This document shows positions 13,685-23,674 of a DNA stretch of 64,000 bases, piece by piece. Position numbers and translations under genes: made by a program. Positions within the stretch are counted from its first letter, which is position 1; every line of letters begins with the position of its first letter. Source of the stretch: a virus (Duplodnaviria; Heunggongvirae; Uroviricota; Caudoviricetes). Location of the stretch: IMG/VR virus record IMGVR_UViG_2718217789_000006; one strand, written 5' to 3'. The notes beneath the pieces are model-generated. The model saw nothing but the letters and a program-made list of their open reading frames with translations. It made no database searches and was not told where the DNA came from.

Positions 13685-13693
13685 GGGATGTTT

Positions 13694-14026
13694 ATGACGA
13701 GCAAAGAAACCTTTACCCATTACCAGCCGCTGGGCAACAGTGACCCGGCTCATACCGCAACCGCGCCCGGCGGATTGAGTGCGAAAGCGCCTGCAATGAC
13801 CCCGCTGATGCTGGACACCTCCAGCCGTAAGCTGGTTGCGTGGGATGGTACCACCGACGGTGCTGCCGTTGGCATTCTTGCGGTTGCTGCTGACCAGACC
13901 AGCACCACGCTGACGTTCTACAAGTCCGGCACGTTCCGTTATGAGGATGTGCTCTGGCCGGAGGCTGCCAGCGACGAGACGAAAAAACGGACCGCGTTTG
14001 CCGGAACGGCAATCAGCATCGTTTAA
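13694..14026 (+). CDS. D: Head decoration protein D
   Basis: [15 protein letters not shown]… matches lambda gpD. Confidence 0.95.
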   Translation: MTSKETFTHYQPLGNSDPAHTATAPGGLSAKAPAMTPLMLDTSSRKLVAWDGTTDGAAVGILAVAADQTSTTLTFYKSGTFRYEDVLWPEAASDETKKRTAFAGTAISIV

Positions 14027-14081
14027 CCTGACCCTTCATCACTAAAGGCCGCCTGTGCGGCTTTTTTTACGGGATTTTTTT

Positions 14082-15107
14082 ATGTCGATGTACACAACCG
14101 CCCAACTGCTGGCGGCAAATGAGCAGAAATTTAAGTTTGATCCGCTGTTTCTGCGTCTCTTTTTCCGTGAGAGCTATCCCTTCACCACGGAGAAAGTCTA
14201 TCTCTCACAAATTCCGGGACTGGTAAACATGGCGCTGTACGTTTCGCCGATTGTTTCCGGTGAGGTTATCCGTTCCCGTGGCGGCTCCACCTCTGAATTT
14301 ACGCCGGGATATGTCAAGCCGAAGCATGAAGTGAATCCGCAGATGACCCTGCGTCGCCTGCCGGATGAAGATCCGCAGAATCTGGCGGACCCGGCTTACC
14401 GCCGCCGTCGCATCATCATGCAGAACATGCGTGACGAAGAGCTGGCCATTGCTCAGGTCGAAGAGATGCAGGCAGTTTCTGCCGTGCTCAAGGGCAAATA
14501 CACCATGACCGGTGAAGCCTTCGATCCGGTTGAGGTGGATATGGGCCGCAGTGCGGCGAACAACATCACGCAGTCCGGCGGCACGGAGTGGAGCAAGCGT
14601 GACAAGTCCACGTATGACCCGACCGACGATATCGAAGCCTACGCGCTGAACGCCAGCGGCGTGGTGAATATCATCGTGTTTGACCCGAAAGGCTGGGCGC
14701 TGTTCCGTTCCTTCAAAGCCGTCAGGGAGAAGCTGGATACCCGTCGCGGCTCTCATTCCGAACTGGAGACAGCGGTAAAAGACCTGGGCAAAGCGGTGTC
14801 TTATAAGGGAATGTATGGCGATGTGGCCATCGTCGTGTATTCCGGACAGTACGTGGAAAACGGCGTCAAAAAGAACTTCCTGCCGGACAACACGATGGTG
14901 CTGGGGAACACTCAGGCACGCGGTCTGCGCACCTATGGCTGCATTCAGGATGCGGACGCACAGCGCGAAGGCATTAACGCCTCTGCCCGTTACCCGAAAA
15001 ACTGGGTGACCACCGGCGATCCGGCGCGTGAGTTCACCATGATTCAGTCAGCACCGCTGATGCTGCTGGCTGACCCTGATGAGTTCGTGTCCGTACAACT
15101 GGCGTAA
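14082..15107 (+). CDS. E: Major capsid protein E
   Basis: MSMYTTAQLLAANEQ… matches lambda gpE. Confidence 0.95.
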   Translation: MSMYTTAQLLAANEQKFKFDPLFLRLFFRESYPFTTEKVYLSQIPGLVNMALYVSPIVSGEVIRSRGGSTSEFTPGYVKPKHEVNPQMTLRRLPDEDPQNLADPAYRRRRIIMQNMRDEELAIAQVEEMQAVSAVLKGKYTMTGEAFDPVEVDMGRSAANNITQSGGTEWSKRDKSTYDPTDDIEAYALNASGVVNIIVFDPKGWALFRSFKAVREKLDTRRGSHSELETAVKDLGKAVSYKGMYGDVAIVVYSGQYVENGVKKNFLPDNTMVLGNTQARGLRTYGCIQDADAQREGINASARYPKNWVTTGDPAREFTMIQSAPLMLLADPDEFVSVQLA

Positions 15108-15148
15108 TCATGGCCCTTCGGGGCCATTGTTTTTCTGTGGAGGAGTCC

Positions 15149-15547
15149 ATGACGAAAGATGAACTGATTGCCCGTCTCCGCTCGCTGGGTGAACAACTGA
15201 ACCGTGATGTCAGCCTGACGGGGACGAAAGAAGAACTGGCGCTCCGTGTGGCAGAGCTGGAAGAGGAGCTTGATGACACGGATGAAACTGCCGGTCAGGA
15301 CACCCCTCTCAGCCGGGAAAATGTGCTGACCGGACATGAAAATGAGGTGGGATCAGCGCAGCCGGATACCGTGATTCTGGATACGTCTGAACTGGTCACG
15401 GTCGTGGCACTGGTGAAGCTGCATACTGATGCACTTCACGTCACGCGGGATGAACCTGTGGCATTTGTGCTGCCGGGAACGGCGTTTCGTGTCTCTGCCG
15501 GTGTGGCAGCCGAAATGACAGAGCGCGGCCTGGCCAGAATGCAATAA
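15149..15547 (+). CDS. FI: DNA packaging protein FI
   Basis: MTKDELIARLRSLGEQ… matches lambda gpFI. Confidence 0.9.
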   Translation: MTKDELIARLRSLGEQLNRDVSLTGTKEELALRVAELEEELDDTDETAGQDTPLSRENVLTGHENEVGSAQPDTVILDTSELVTVVALVKLHTDALHVTRDEPVAFVLPGTAFRVSAGVAAEMTERGLARMQ

Positions 15548-15558
15548 CGGGAGGCGCT

Positions 15559-15912
15559 GTGGCTGATTTCGATAACCTGTTCGATGCTGCCATTGCCCGC
15601 GCCGATGAAACGATACGCGGGTACATGGGAACGTCAGCCACCATGACATCCGGTGAGCGGTCCGGCGCAGTAATACGTGGTGTTTTTGATGACCCTGAAA
15701 ATATCAGCTATGCCGGACAGGGCGTGCGCGTTGAAGGCTCCAGCCCGTCCCTGTTTGTCCGGACTGATGATGTGCGGCAACTGCGGCGTGGTGACACGCT
15801 GACCATTAACGGCGAGATGTTCTGGGTGGACCGTGTTTCTCCGGATGACGGAGGGAGTTGTTATCTCTGGCTCAACCGTGGGCAACCACCGGCAGTTAAC
15901 CGGCGACGATAA
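15559..15912 (+). CDS. FII: Head-tail joining protein FII
   Basis: Matches lambda gpFII. Confidence 0.9.
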   Translation: MADFDNLFDAAIARADETIRGYMGTSATMTSGERSGAVIRGVFDDPENISYAGQGVRVEGSSPSLFVRTDDVRQLRRGDTLTINGEMFWVDRVSPDDGGSCYLWLNRGQPPAVNRRR

Positions 15913-15926
15913 ACGCAGGGTGAATT

Positions 15927-16460
15927 ATGGCGATAAAAGGGCTTGATCAGGCGATTGAAAATCTGAGCCGGGTTCGTAAAAACGCCATTCCGGCGGCTTC
16001 AGCAATGGCCATTAACCGCGTGGCCACAACGGCGATTAATCAGTCTTCATCACAGGTTGCCCGGGAGACAAAGGTACGCCGGAAACTGGTAAAGGAACGG
16101 TCCAGACTGAAACGGGCCACGGTCAGAAATCCGAATGCCAGAATTATCGTTAAACGCGGTGATCTCCCTGTGATTAAGCTGGGGATCAGGATGCTGGGCC
16201 GTCGTCCGGACAGCATACTTAAAGCTGGTCAGCATCGGTATCAGCGGGCATTTATCCAGCGATTAAAAAATGGTCGCTGGCATGTCATGCAGCGTGTGGC
16301 CGGGAAAAACCGTTACCCCATTGATGTGGTGAAAATCCCGATGGCGGCCCCACTGAAACAGGCGTTTGATGAGAATATTGACCGTATCCGGCGTGAACGT
16401 CTGCCCGGAGAACTGGCATACGCGCTGAAACAACAACTTAGGATTGCGATAAAACGATGA
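15927..16460 (+). CDS. Z: Minor tail protein Z (shorter variant)
   Basis: Lambda gpZ-like N- and C-termini; lacks about 30 aa of the basic central region found in the prophage-2 Z. Confidence 0.85.
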   Translation: MAIKGLDQAIENLSRVRKNAIPAASAMAINRVATTAINQSSSQVARETKVRRKLVKERSRLKRATVRNPNARIIVKRGDLPVIKLGIRMLGRRPDSILKAGQHRYQRAFIQRLKNGRWHVMQRVAGKNRYPIDVVKIPMAAPLKQAFDENIDRIRRERLPGELAYALKQQLRIAIKR

Positions 16461-16852
16461 AACATACTGATATCCGTGCGGCAGTGCTGGATGCACTGGA
16501 GCTGCATGAACACGGGGCGACGCTGTTTGATGGTCGCCCCGTTGTTTTTGACGAAGAGGATTTTCCGGCCGTCGCGGTTTATCTGACGGATGCAGAGTAT
16601 ACCGGTGAAGAGCTGGATGCAGATACCTGGCGGGCCACACTGCATATTGAGGTGTTTTTACCGGCACAGGTACCGGATTCGGAGCTTGATCAGTGGATGG
16701 AAAGCCGGATTTATCCGGCGGTGACTGCGATCCCGGCACTGGCAGACCTGATTACGACGATGGTTACGCAGGGCTATGAGTATCGTCGTGATGACGATAT
16801 GGCGTTATGGAGTTCTGCGGATCTGACTTATTCCATTACATACGAGATGTGA
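16457..16852 (+). CDS. U: Tail terminator protein U
   Basis: Matches lambda gpU. Confidence 0.9.
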   Translation: MKHTDIRAAVLDALELHEHGATLFDGRPVVFDEEDFPAVAVYLTDAEYTGEELDADTWRATLHIEVFLPAQVPDSELDQWMESRIYPAVTAIPALADLITTMVTQGYEYRRDDDMALWSSADLTYSITYEM

Positions 16853-17691
16853 GGACGATATGGCAACACCAAATCCCCTTGAGCCGGTAAAAGGTGCCGG
16901 TACCACTCTGTGGGTTTACAACGGCAAGGGTGATGCTTATGCAAACCCGTTGTCAGACGATGACTGGCAGCGACTGGCTAAGGTGAAGGATCTGACGCCG
17001 GGCGAGATGACGGCAGAACCCTACGATGATAACTACCTGGATGATGAAGACGCGGACTGGACCGCGACCGGGCAGGGGCAGAAGTCTGCAGGAGATACCA
17101 GTTTTACGCTGGCCTGGAAACCGGGAGAAGAAGGTCAGAAAGGGCTTATAGGCTGGTTTGAAAGCGGGGATGTGCGGGCCTATAAAATCCGTTTCCCAAA
17201 TGGCACGGTGGATGTGTTCCGTGGCTGGGTCAGCAGTATCGGTAAGGCCGTGACGGCGAAAGAAGTGATCACCCGCACGGTGAAAGTCACTAACGTGGGC
17301 AAACCTTCCGTGGCGGAAGAACGCAGCGAAATTACGCCGGCCACTGCAATTAAGGTGACACCGACATCCGGTACGGTGGCAAAAGGGAAAACAACCACCC
17401 TGACTGTTTCTTTTGAGCCGGAAAGTGCAACCGACAAGACGTTCAGAGCGGTTTCCGCCGATCCGTCGAAAGCCACCATTAGTGTGAAAGATATGACAAT
17501 TACGGTAAACGGCGTGGCGACAGGTAAGGTGCAGATCCCTGTGGTGAGCGGAAATGGTCAGTTCGCCGCAGTGGCTGAAGTCACCGTTACTGAAGCGGGC
17601 GCTGCAGGGTAAACGGAGGTAATACATGTTTCTGAAAACAGAACAATTTGAATATAACGGTGTGTCCGTCACGCTTTCCGAATTGTCTGCG
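16840..17691. repeat. Near-identical direct repeat (U end, V, G start), copy 1 of 2
   Basis: Matches 63149..64000 with a single mismatch seen by eye (17406 T vs 63715 G). Confidence 0.85.
16860..17612 (+). CDS. V: Major tail protein V
   Basis: Lambda gpV homolog with C-terminal Ig-like domain; identical protein at 63169..63921. Confidence 0.9.
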   Translation: MATPNPLEPVKGAGTTLWVYNGKGDAYANPLSDDDWQRLAKVKDLTPGEMTAEPYDDNYLDDEDADWTATGQGQKSAGDTSFTLAWKPGEEGQKGLIGWFESGDVRAYKIRFPNGTVDVFRGWVSSIGKAVTAKEVITRTVKVTNVGKPSVAEERSEITPATAIKVTPTSGTVAKGKTTTLTVSFEPESATDKTFRAVSADPSKATISVKDMTITVNGVATGKVQIPVVSGNGQFAAVAEVTVTEAGAAG

Positions 17692-18048
17692 CTGCAGCGG
17701 TTTGATTATATAAAGTTTGTTTCAGACGCAGAACAACAGGAGACAACGAAGCATGATGTCGTGCACATTAACCAGCGATATCTGGAAACGGCATCCCTGC
17801 TTGTGGCGATGTCGCTATGGCATTCCCATTCCCTCAAAGGCACTCTGGCCTCTCCGGAGACAGAGATGCAGCAGATCCGCCGTGAAGTGATGCTGGGATG
17901 GCCTGCTGATGCACTGAATCAGGCAACGAACCGGGTGCTTTATCTTTCAGGTATGCTGGATAACCGGCACGATGCCGATCCTGAACAAACCGGTAAAGCA
18001 GAAGCGACTGAGTCGGTAACATCAAAAAAGCATTCGAAGGCGAGCTGA
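17626..18048 (+). CDS. G: Tail assembly chaperone G
   Basis: MFLKTEQFE…VTLSELSALQR… matches lambda gpG. Confidence 0.9.
   Translation: MFLKTEQFEYNGVSVTLSELSALQRFDYIKFVSDAEQQETTKHDVVHINQRYLETASLLVAMSLWHSHSLKGTLASPETEMQQIRREVMLGWPADALNQATNRVLYLSGMLDNRHDADPEQTGKAEATESVTSKKHSKAS
18024..18030 (+). other. Programmed -1 ribosomal frameshift slippery heptamer A_AAA_AAG (G to G-T fusion)
   Basis: Heptamer sits in the G frame 18 nt before the G stop; a -1 shift enters the T frame (…AFEGELNFVLKLAREMGRPDW…). Confidence 0.75.
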
Positions 18049-18488
18049 ACTTTGTCCTGAAACTGGCGCGAGAGATGGGGAGACCCGACTGGCGCGCCAT
18101 GCTTGCCGGGATGACATCCACCGAATATGCCGACTGGCGACGTTTTTACTGCACGCATTATTTTCAGGATACCCAACTGGACGCTCATTTTTCCGGGCTG
18201 ATGTACGCCGTACTCAGCCTGTTTTTTGGCGATCCGGATATGCATCCGGCGGATTTCAGTCTGCTTGCTCCAGCGTGTGAGGAAGAGCAGACGGAGATGC
18301 CGGACGAGGAAGAAATGCTGATGCAGAAAGCGACAGGAGTTGCCGGAGGCGTCCGGTTCGGAGGGGACGGAGGGCGCGATATTTCACCTTCTGCGGATGT
18401 GGTGGATGTCAGCGAGGATGATGTTGCATTAATGATGGCTTCAGCGGGGATTTCCGGAGGTGTGAGATATGTCCCAGCCAGCGGGTGA
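18030..18488 (+). CDS. T: Tail assembly protein T, expressed as gpGT fusion via -1 frameshift
   Basis: …GRPDWRAMLAGMTSTEYADW… matches lambda gpT; no independent start needed. Confidence 0.85.
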   Translation, partial: AFEGELNFVLKLAREMGRPDWRAMLAGMTSTEYADWRRFYCTHYFQDTQLDAHFSGLMYAVLSLFFGDPDMHPADFSLLAPACEEEQTEMPDEEEMLMQKATGVAGGVRFGGDGGRDISPSADVVDVSEDDVALMMASAGISGGVRYVPASG

Positions 18489-21081
18489 TCTGGTTATTGA
18501 TTTGAGTCTGGATGCGGCCCGGTTTGATGAACAGATGGCCCGGGTACGCCGTCATTTTTCCAGTCTGGAGGCGGATGCCAGAAAAACCGCCAGTACTGTT
18601 GAACAGGGGCTGAGCCGACAGGCGCTGGCGGCACAAAAAGCCGGGATATCAGTCGGACAGTATAAGGCTGCCATGCGCACACTGCCCGCACAGTTCACGG
18701 ATATTGTCACTCAGCTTGCCGGTGGTCAGAATCCCTTCCTTATCATGCTGCAGCAGGGGGGGCAGATCAGCGATTCATTCGGTGGACCGCTCAGCCTGCT
18801 TACCCTGCTGAAGGAGGAACTTCTCGGGATCAGGGATGCCTCTGAATCATCAGAGGAGTCGCTGTCAGATACGGCAAATGCACTGGCTGAAAATGCCCGG
18901 AATGCCGGTGAGCTGGGACGATTTATGTCGGTGGCCCGTGTGGCGGCAGGTGGCGGGGTTGCCGTACTGGCCGCGCTTGCTGCCGCCGCCTGGCAGGCAG
19001 AGCAGGCTGACCGGGCCTTATTGCGTTCACTGATCCTGACCGGAGGGGCGGCTGCCACCACAACGGCAGAATTGTGGAAAATGGCCGGGGTGATCAGCGA
19101 TGAAGCCGGTGGTGGTATCAGACAGGCGGCAGAAAATCTGGCCCGTCTGGCAGAAAGCGGGAAATATACCGCCGGGCAGCTACGGATCATGGGGGAAACC
19201 TCTCAGAGATGGCTGCAGACGGTGGGGGACGATGCCGGGAAGGTGGAAAAAGCCTTTGAAGGGATTGCAGCAGATCTGGTGAAGGCGCTGGCCTCCCTGA
19301 ATCAGCAGTATAACTTCCTGAGCGTTTCCCAGTTACGCCATATTGATGAGCTTGAGCGCACGAAAGGTAAACAGGTTGCGGTGACGGAGGCGATGTCCCT
19401 GTTTGCGGATGTCATGAATGCACGTCTGGAGCAACTTGATAAAGCGGCCACGCCGGTGGAAAAAATCTGGGACGATGTTAAAACCTGGACTTCTGACGCA
19501 TGGGCATGGATAGGTGATCATACACTGGGGGCACTCAGTCTGATCACTGACGTGGTGGCCGGAACCGTTGAACAAGTGAAGCTGCTGCTTGTGCAGGGGG
19601 ATCTGGCGCTGGCTGAATTTATTCAGTCAGCCTGGGAAACGACAAAGAATGTGCCCGGCGTTGGTGCGTTGTTTGGTGAACTGGCAGAAGAGAACCGCGT
19701 ATTTATTGAGAAAACAAAACGCGATGAACTGGCGCTGAGAAAATCCATTGCGGAACGGGATGCGCGTATACGCCAGGGGGAAATGGGGTACATCAACCGC
19801 TCGCGTGCAACAGGCGTCAGCAAAGGTCCGGGGCAGCAGGAAGCCGTCAGCCGTCTGGCTGAAGAGCTGACAGGTAAAAAGCATACATCACCGAAAACGC
19901 GCTCTGCCGGGGAGAGGGAAGAGGAGCAGGCAAGAGAGGCTCTGCTTGCCCTTGAAGCTGAGCTCAGGACGCTGGAAAAACACAGCGGTGCGAATGAGAA
20001 AATCAGCCGGCAGCGCCGTGATTTATGGAAGGCGGAAAGTCAGTATGCGGTCCTGAAAGAGGCTGCCACGAAACGACAGTTATCTGAGCAGGAAAAATCC
20101 CTGCTGGCGCATAAAGACGAGACGCTGGAGTACAAACGCCAGCTGGCTGAGCTGGGCGACAAGGTTGAATACCAGAAACGCCTGAATGAGCTGGCACAGC
20201 AGGCGGTGCGGTTTGAAGAGCAGCAGAGCGCGAAGCAGGCCGCCATCAGCGCAAAAGCCCGCGGTCTCACTGACCGTCAGGCGCAGCGGGAGTCTGAAGC
20301 GCAGCGTCTTCGGGACGTGTACGGTGATAATCCGGCTGCGCTGGCGAAGGCCACATCGGCACTGAAGAACACCAGGTCTGCGGAGGAGCAGCTTCGTGGA
20401 AGCTGGATGGCCGGGCTGAAGTCCGGCTGGGGCGAGTGGGCGGAAAGTGCGACGGACAGTTTTTCGCAGGTTAAAAGTGCTGCCACGCAGACCTTTGACG
20501 GTATTGCACAGAATATGGCGGCGATGCTGACCGGTGCAGAGGCAGACTGGCGGGGATTCACCCGTTCGGTGCTGTCCATGATGACAGAAATCCTGCTTAA
20601 ACAGGCCATGGTGGGCATTGTCGGGCGTATCGGCAGCGCCATTGGCGGTGCTTTCGGTGGTGGTGCATCTGCTTCCTCGGGGACGGCCATTCAGGCTGCG
20701 GCGGCGAACTTCCATTTCGCGACCGGAGGATTTACGGGGACGGGCGGCAAATATGAGCCTGCGGGGATAGTTCACCGCGGGGAGTTTGTTTTCACGAAAG
20801 AGGCAACCAGCCGGATAGGTGTGGGGAATCTTTACCGTCTGATGCGCGGCTATGCGGAAGGTGGTTATGTGGGTGGTGCCGGAAGTCCGGCGCAGATGCG
20901 GCGGGCGGAAGGTATTAATTTTAATCAGAACAATCACGTGGTGATTCAGAACGACGGCACCAACGGACAGGCGGGGCCGCAGCTGATGAAGGCGGTGTAT
21001 GACATGGCCCGCAAGGGGGCGCAGGATGAGCTCCGGCTGCAGTTGCGTGATGGCGGTATGTTATCGGGGAGCGGGCGATGA
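18469..21081 (+). CDS. H: Tail tape measure protein H
   Basis: 870 aa, lambda gpH N- and C-termini conserved. Confidence 0.95.
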   Translation: MSQPAGDLVIDLSLDAARFDEQMARVRRHFSSLEADARKTASTVEQGLSRQALAAQKAGISVGQYKAAMRTLPAQFTDIVTQLAGGQNPFLIMLQQGGQISDSFGGPLSLLTLLKEELLGIRDASESSEESLSDTANALAENARNAGELGRFMSVARVAAGGGVAVLAALAAAAWQAEQADRALLRSLILTGGAAATTTAELWKMAGVISDEAGGGIRQAAENLARLAESGKYTAGQLRIMGETSQRWLQTVGDDAGKVEKAFEGIAADLVKALASLNQQYNFLSVSQLRHIDELERTKGKQVAVTEAMSLFADVMNARLEQLDKAATPVEKIWDDVKTWTSDAWAWIGDHTLGALSLITDVVAGTVEQVKLLLVQGDLALAEFIQSAWETTKNVPGVGALFGELAEENRVFIEKTKRDELALRKSIAERDARIRQGEMGYINRSRATGVSKGPGQQEAVSRLAEELTGKKHTSPKTRSAGEREEEQAREALLALEAELRTLEKHSGANEKISRQRRDLWKAESQYAVLKEAATKRQLSEQEKSLLAHKDETLEYKRQLAELGDKVEYQKRLNELAQQAVRFEEQQSAKQAAISAKARGLTDRQAQRESEAQRLRDVYGDNPAALAKATSALKNTRSAEEQLRGSWMAGLKSGWGEWAESATDSFSQVKSAATQTFDGIAQNMAAMLTGAEADWRGFTRSVLSMMTEILLKQAMVGIVGRIGSAIGGAFGGGASASSGTAIQAAAANFHFATGGFTGTGGKYEPAGIVHRGEFVFTKEATSRIGVGNLYRLMRGYAEGGYVGGAGSPAQMRRAEGINFNQNNHVVIQNDGTNGQAGPQLMKAVYDMARKGAQDELRLQLRDGGMLSGSGR

Positions 21082-21407
21082 AAACCTTTCGCTGGAAAGT
21101 GAAGCCGGATATGGAGGTGAACTCGCAGCCATCGGTGCGTGAAGTGCGTTTTGGTGACGGGTACTCACAGCGTATGGCGGCAGGGCTGAATGCTGACCTG
21201 AAAACATACCGTGTGACGCTTTCCGTGACCCGGGAGGAGGCCCGGCATCTGGAAGCGTTCCTGGCAGAGCACGGAGGCTGGAAGGCATTTTTGTGGAAGC
21301 CACCCTATGCATACCGGCAGATAAAGGTGACCTGTGCCGGGTGGTCTGCGCGGGTCGGGATGTTGCGCGTTGAGTTCAGCGCGGAGTTTAAGCAGGTGGT
21401 GAACTGA
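21078..21407 (+). CDS. M: Minor tail protein M
   Basis: MKTFRWKVKP… matches lambda gpM. Confidence 0.95.
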   Translation: MKTFRWKVKPDMEVNSQPSVREVRFGDGYSQRMAAGLNADLKTYRVTLSVTREEARHLEAFLAEHGGWKAFLWKPPYAYRQIKVTCAGWSARVGMLRVEFSAEFKQVVN

Positions 21408-22105
21408 TGCAGGATATTCACGGGGAAAGCCTGATCGAGTCGGTTAAATCAGAGCAGTCACCGCGGGTGGTGCTCTGGGAAATCGACCTGACGGTGCAGG
21501 GTGGTGAGCGGTATTTTTTCTGCAATGAGCTGAATGAAAAAGGGGAGGCGGTTACCTGGCAGGGGCGGGAATATCAGGCATACCCGATTGACGGCAGCGG
21601 TTTTGAGATGAACGGGAAGGGCAGCAGTGCCCGCCCGTCGCTGACGGTGTCGAATCTGTTCGGTCTGGTCACCGGAATGGCGGAGGACCTGCAGAGCCTG
21701 GTGGGGGCCACGGTGGTCCGCCGCCGGGTGTATGCCCGTTTTCTGGATGCGGTGAATTTTGTGGCGGGCAATCCGGAAGCGGACCCGGAGCAGGAGCTGA
21801 GCGACCGCTGGGTGGTGGAGCAGATGTCAGAGCTGACGGCCATGACAGCCTCGTTTGTGCTGGCAACACCGACGGAGACGGACGGAGCGCTGTTTCCCGG
21901 TCGCATTATGCTGGCGAATACCTGTATGTGGGATTACCGGGGAGATGAATGCGGGTATAACGGTCCTGCGGTGGCGGATGAGTTCGACAACCCCACCACG
22001 GATATCCGTAAGGACAGATGCAGCAAGTGCATGCGCGGGTGTGAGATGCGCGGCATGGTGGCTAATTTTGGCGGTTTCCTTTCCATCAATAAACTTTCGC
22101 AGTAA
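21407..22105 (+). CDS. L: Minor tail protein L
   Basis: 232 aa, lambda gpL-like. Confidence 0.9.
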   Translation: MQDIHGESLIESVKSEQSPRVVLWEIDLTVQGGERYFFCNELNEKGEAVTWQGREYQAYPIDGSGFEMNGKGSSARPSLTVSNLFGLVTGMAEDLQSLVGATVVRRRVYARFLDAVNFVAGNPEADPEQELSDRWVVEQMSELTAMTASFVLATPTETDGALFPGRIMLANTCMWDYRGDECGYNGPAVADEFDNPTTDIRKDRCSKCMRGCEMRGMVANFGGFLSINKLSQ

Positions 22106-22115
22106 ATCCTGTTTT

Positions 22116-22859
22116 ATGACACAGACTGAATCAGCGATTCTGGTGCATGCCCGGCGGTGTGCGCCTGCGGAGTCGTGCGGCTTCGTGATAGGCACCCCGG
22201 AGGGCGAACGGTACCAGCCCTGCGTGAATATCTCCGCAGAGCCGGAGGCGTATTTTCGTATTGCGCCGGAAGACTGGCTGCAGGCAGAGATGCAGGGGGA
22301 GATTGTGGCGCTGGTTCACAGCCACCCTGGTGGTCTGCCCTGGCTGAGCGAGGCCGACCGGCGGCTGCAGATAAAGAGTGCCCTGCCCTGGTGGCTGGTC
22401 TGCCGGGGGGAAATTCATAAATTCCGCTGTGTGCCGCACCTGACCGGGCGTCGTTTTGAGCACGGGGTGACGGACTGTTACACCCTGTTCCGGGATGCAT
22501 ACCATCTGGCGGGGATAACGCTGCCGGATTTTGAGCGTGAGGATGACTGGTGGCGCAACGGTCAGAACCTTTACCTGGACAATATGGCGGCGACTGGTTT
22601 TTACCGGGTGCCCCTGTCCTCTGCACAGGCGGGCGATATCCTGCTGTGCTGCTTTGGCGCATCGGTGGCCAATCATGCCGCCATATACTGCGGCAACGGT
22701 GAACTGCTTCACCATCTGCCTGAACAACTGAGTAAACGGGAGAGGTATTCTGAAAAATGGCAACGACGAACGCATTCTGTCTGGCGTCACCGCCACTGGC
22801 ACGCATCTGCCTTCACGGGGATTTGCAACGATTTGGCCGCCGCCTCAGCCTGTACGTGA
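22116..22859 (+). CDS. K: Tail assembly protein K
   Basis: MTQTESAIL…HSHPGG… matches lambda gpK; ATG at 22116 chosen over upstream in-frame ORF extension. Confidence 0.9.
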   Translation: MTQTESAILVHARRCAPAESCGFVIGTPEGERYQPCVNISAEPEAYFRIAPEDWLQAEMQGEIVALVHSHPGGLPWLSEADRRLQIKSALPWWLVCRGEIHKFRCVPHLTGRRFEHGVTDCYTLFRDAYHLAGITLPDFEREDDWWRNGQNLYLDNMAATGFYRVPLSSAQAGDILLCCFGASVANHAAIYCGNGELLHHLPEQLSKRERYSEKWQRRTHSVWRHRHWHASAFTGICNDLAAASACT

Positions 22860-23434
22860 ACACGGCAGCGGAAGCCATCCGTGCCCTGTCGCTGCAGATG
22901 CCGGGATTCCGCCGTCAGATGAACGAAGGCTGGTACCAGATACGTATTCGCGGTGAGGACACGGCACCGGAGGCGGTGTACGCCCGTCTTCACGAACCTC
23001 TGGGTGAGGGGGCGGTCATCCATATTGTGCCGCGACTGGCCGGAGCCGGAAAGGGCGGACTGCAGATTGTGCTGGGGGCAGCAGCCATCGTGGGCTCTTT
23101 CTTCACCGCCGGCGCAACGATGGCGTTGTGGGGCGCAGCCCTGAGTGCCGGAGGGCTGACTGCCACCACGATGCTGTTCTCACTGGGTGCCAGCATGATA
23201 CTGGGCGGTGTGGCCCAGATGCTGGCACCGAAGGCAAAAACACCGGAGTACAGGGCGACGGATAACGGTAAACAGAACACGTATTTTTCGTCACTGGATA
23301 ACATGATTGCCCAGGGGAACCCGATGCCGGTGCCTTATGGTGAAATGCTGGTTGGTTCACGACGGATATCCCAGGACATCAGCACCCGTGATGAGGGCGG
23401 AGACGGGAAAGTGGTGGTTATCGGGCGGGGATGA
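22757..23434 (+). CDS. I: Tail assembly protein I
   Basis: Lambda gpI-like; overlaps K 3' end. Confidence 0.9.
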   Translation: MATTNAFCLASPPLARICLHGDLQRFGRRLSLYVNTAAEAIRALSLQMPGFRRQMNEGWYQIRIRGEDTAPEAVYARLHEPLGEGAVIHIVPRLAGAGKGGLQIVLGAAAIVGSFFTAGATMALWGAALSAGGLTATTMLFSLGASMILGGVAQMLAPKAKTPEYRATDNGKQNTYFSSLDNMIAQGNPMPVPYGEMLVGSRRISQDISTRDEGGDGKVVVIGRG

Positions 23435-23674
23435 AAATAAAAAAATCCCGCAGAGTTAGCGGAGCTGCGGGAGAGAACGATGAAGATTAACGTTATGGAG
23501 TTATTTTTCAGGCATCAAAAAAGTAATGCAGCGTCATTATTGCGGCTACAGGCAATTGCCGGAAATGTGAAGAGTTTCAGAAATTTTATTCCGTCATGAC
23601 ACAGGCACCCTCCGGGGTGCCTGTTGTTTTCTGGCATAAACAGATTCAGACATCAGACAGGAGAGGGGGACAGA

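Noticed and set aside
20080-20937. 285-aa minus-strand ORF inside tail tape-measure gene H, with similar antisense ORFs inside A, J and V
   Set aside because: These lie entirely antisense to genes with strong lambda homology, and their products are Arg/Pro-rich and low-complexity, as expected for chance ORFs in GC-rich coding DNA.
22131-22806. Minus-strand ORFs of 223 to 230 aa inside K and I
   Set aside because: Antisense to lambda-homologous tail genes; products are Pro/Arg/Ala-rich.
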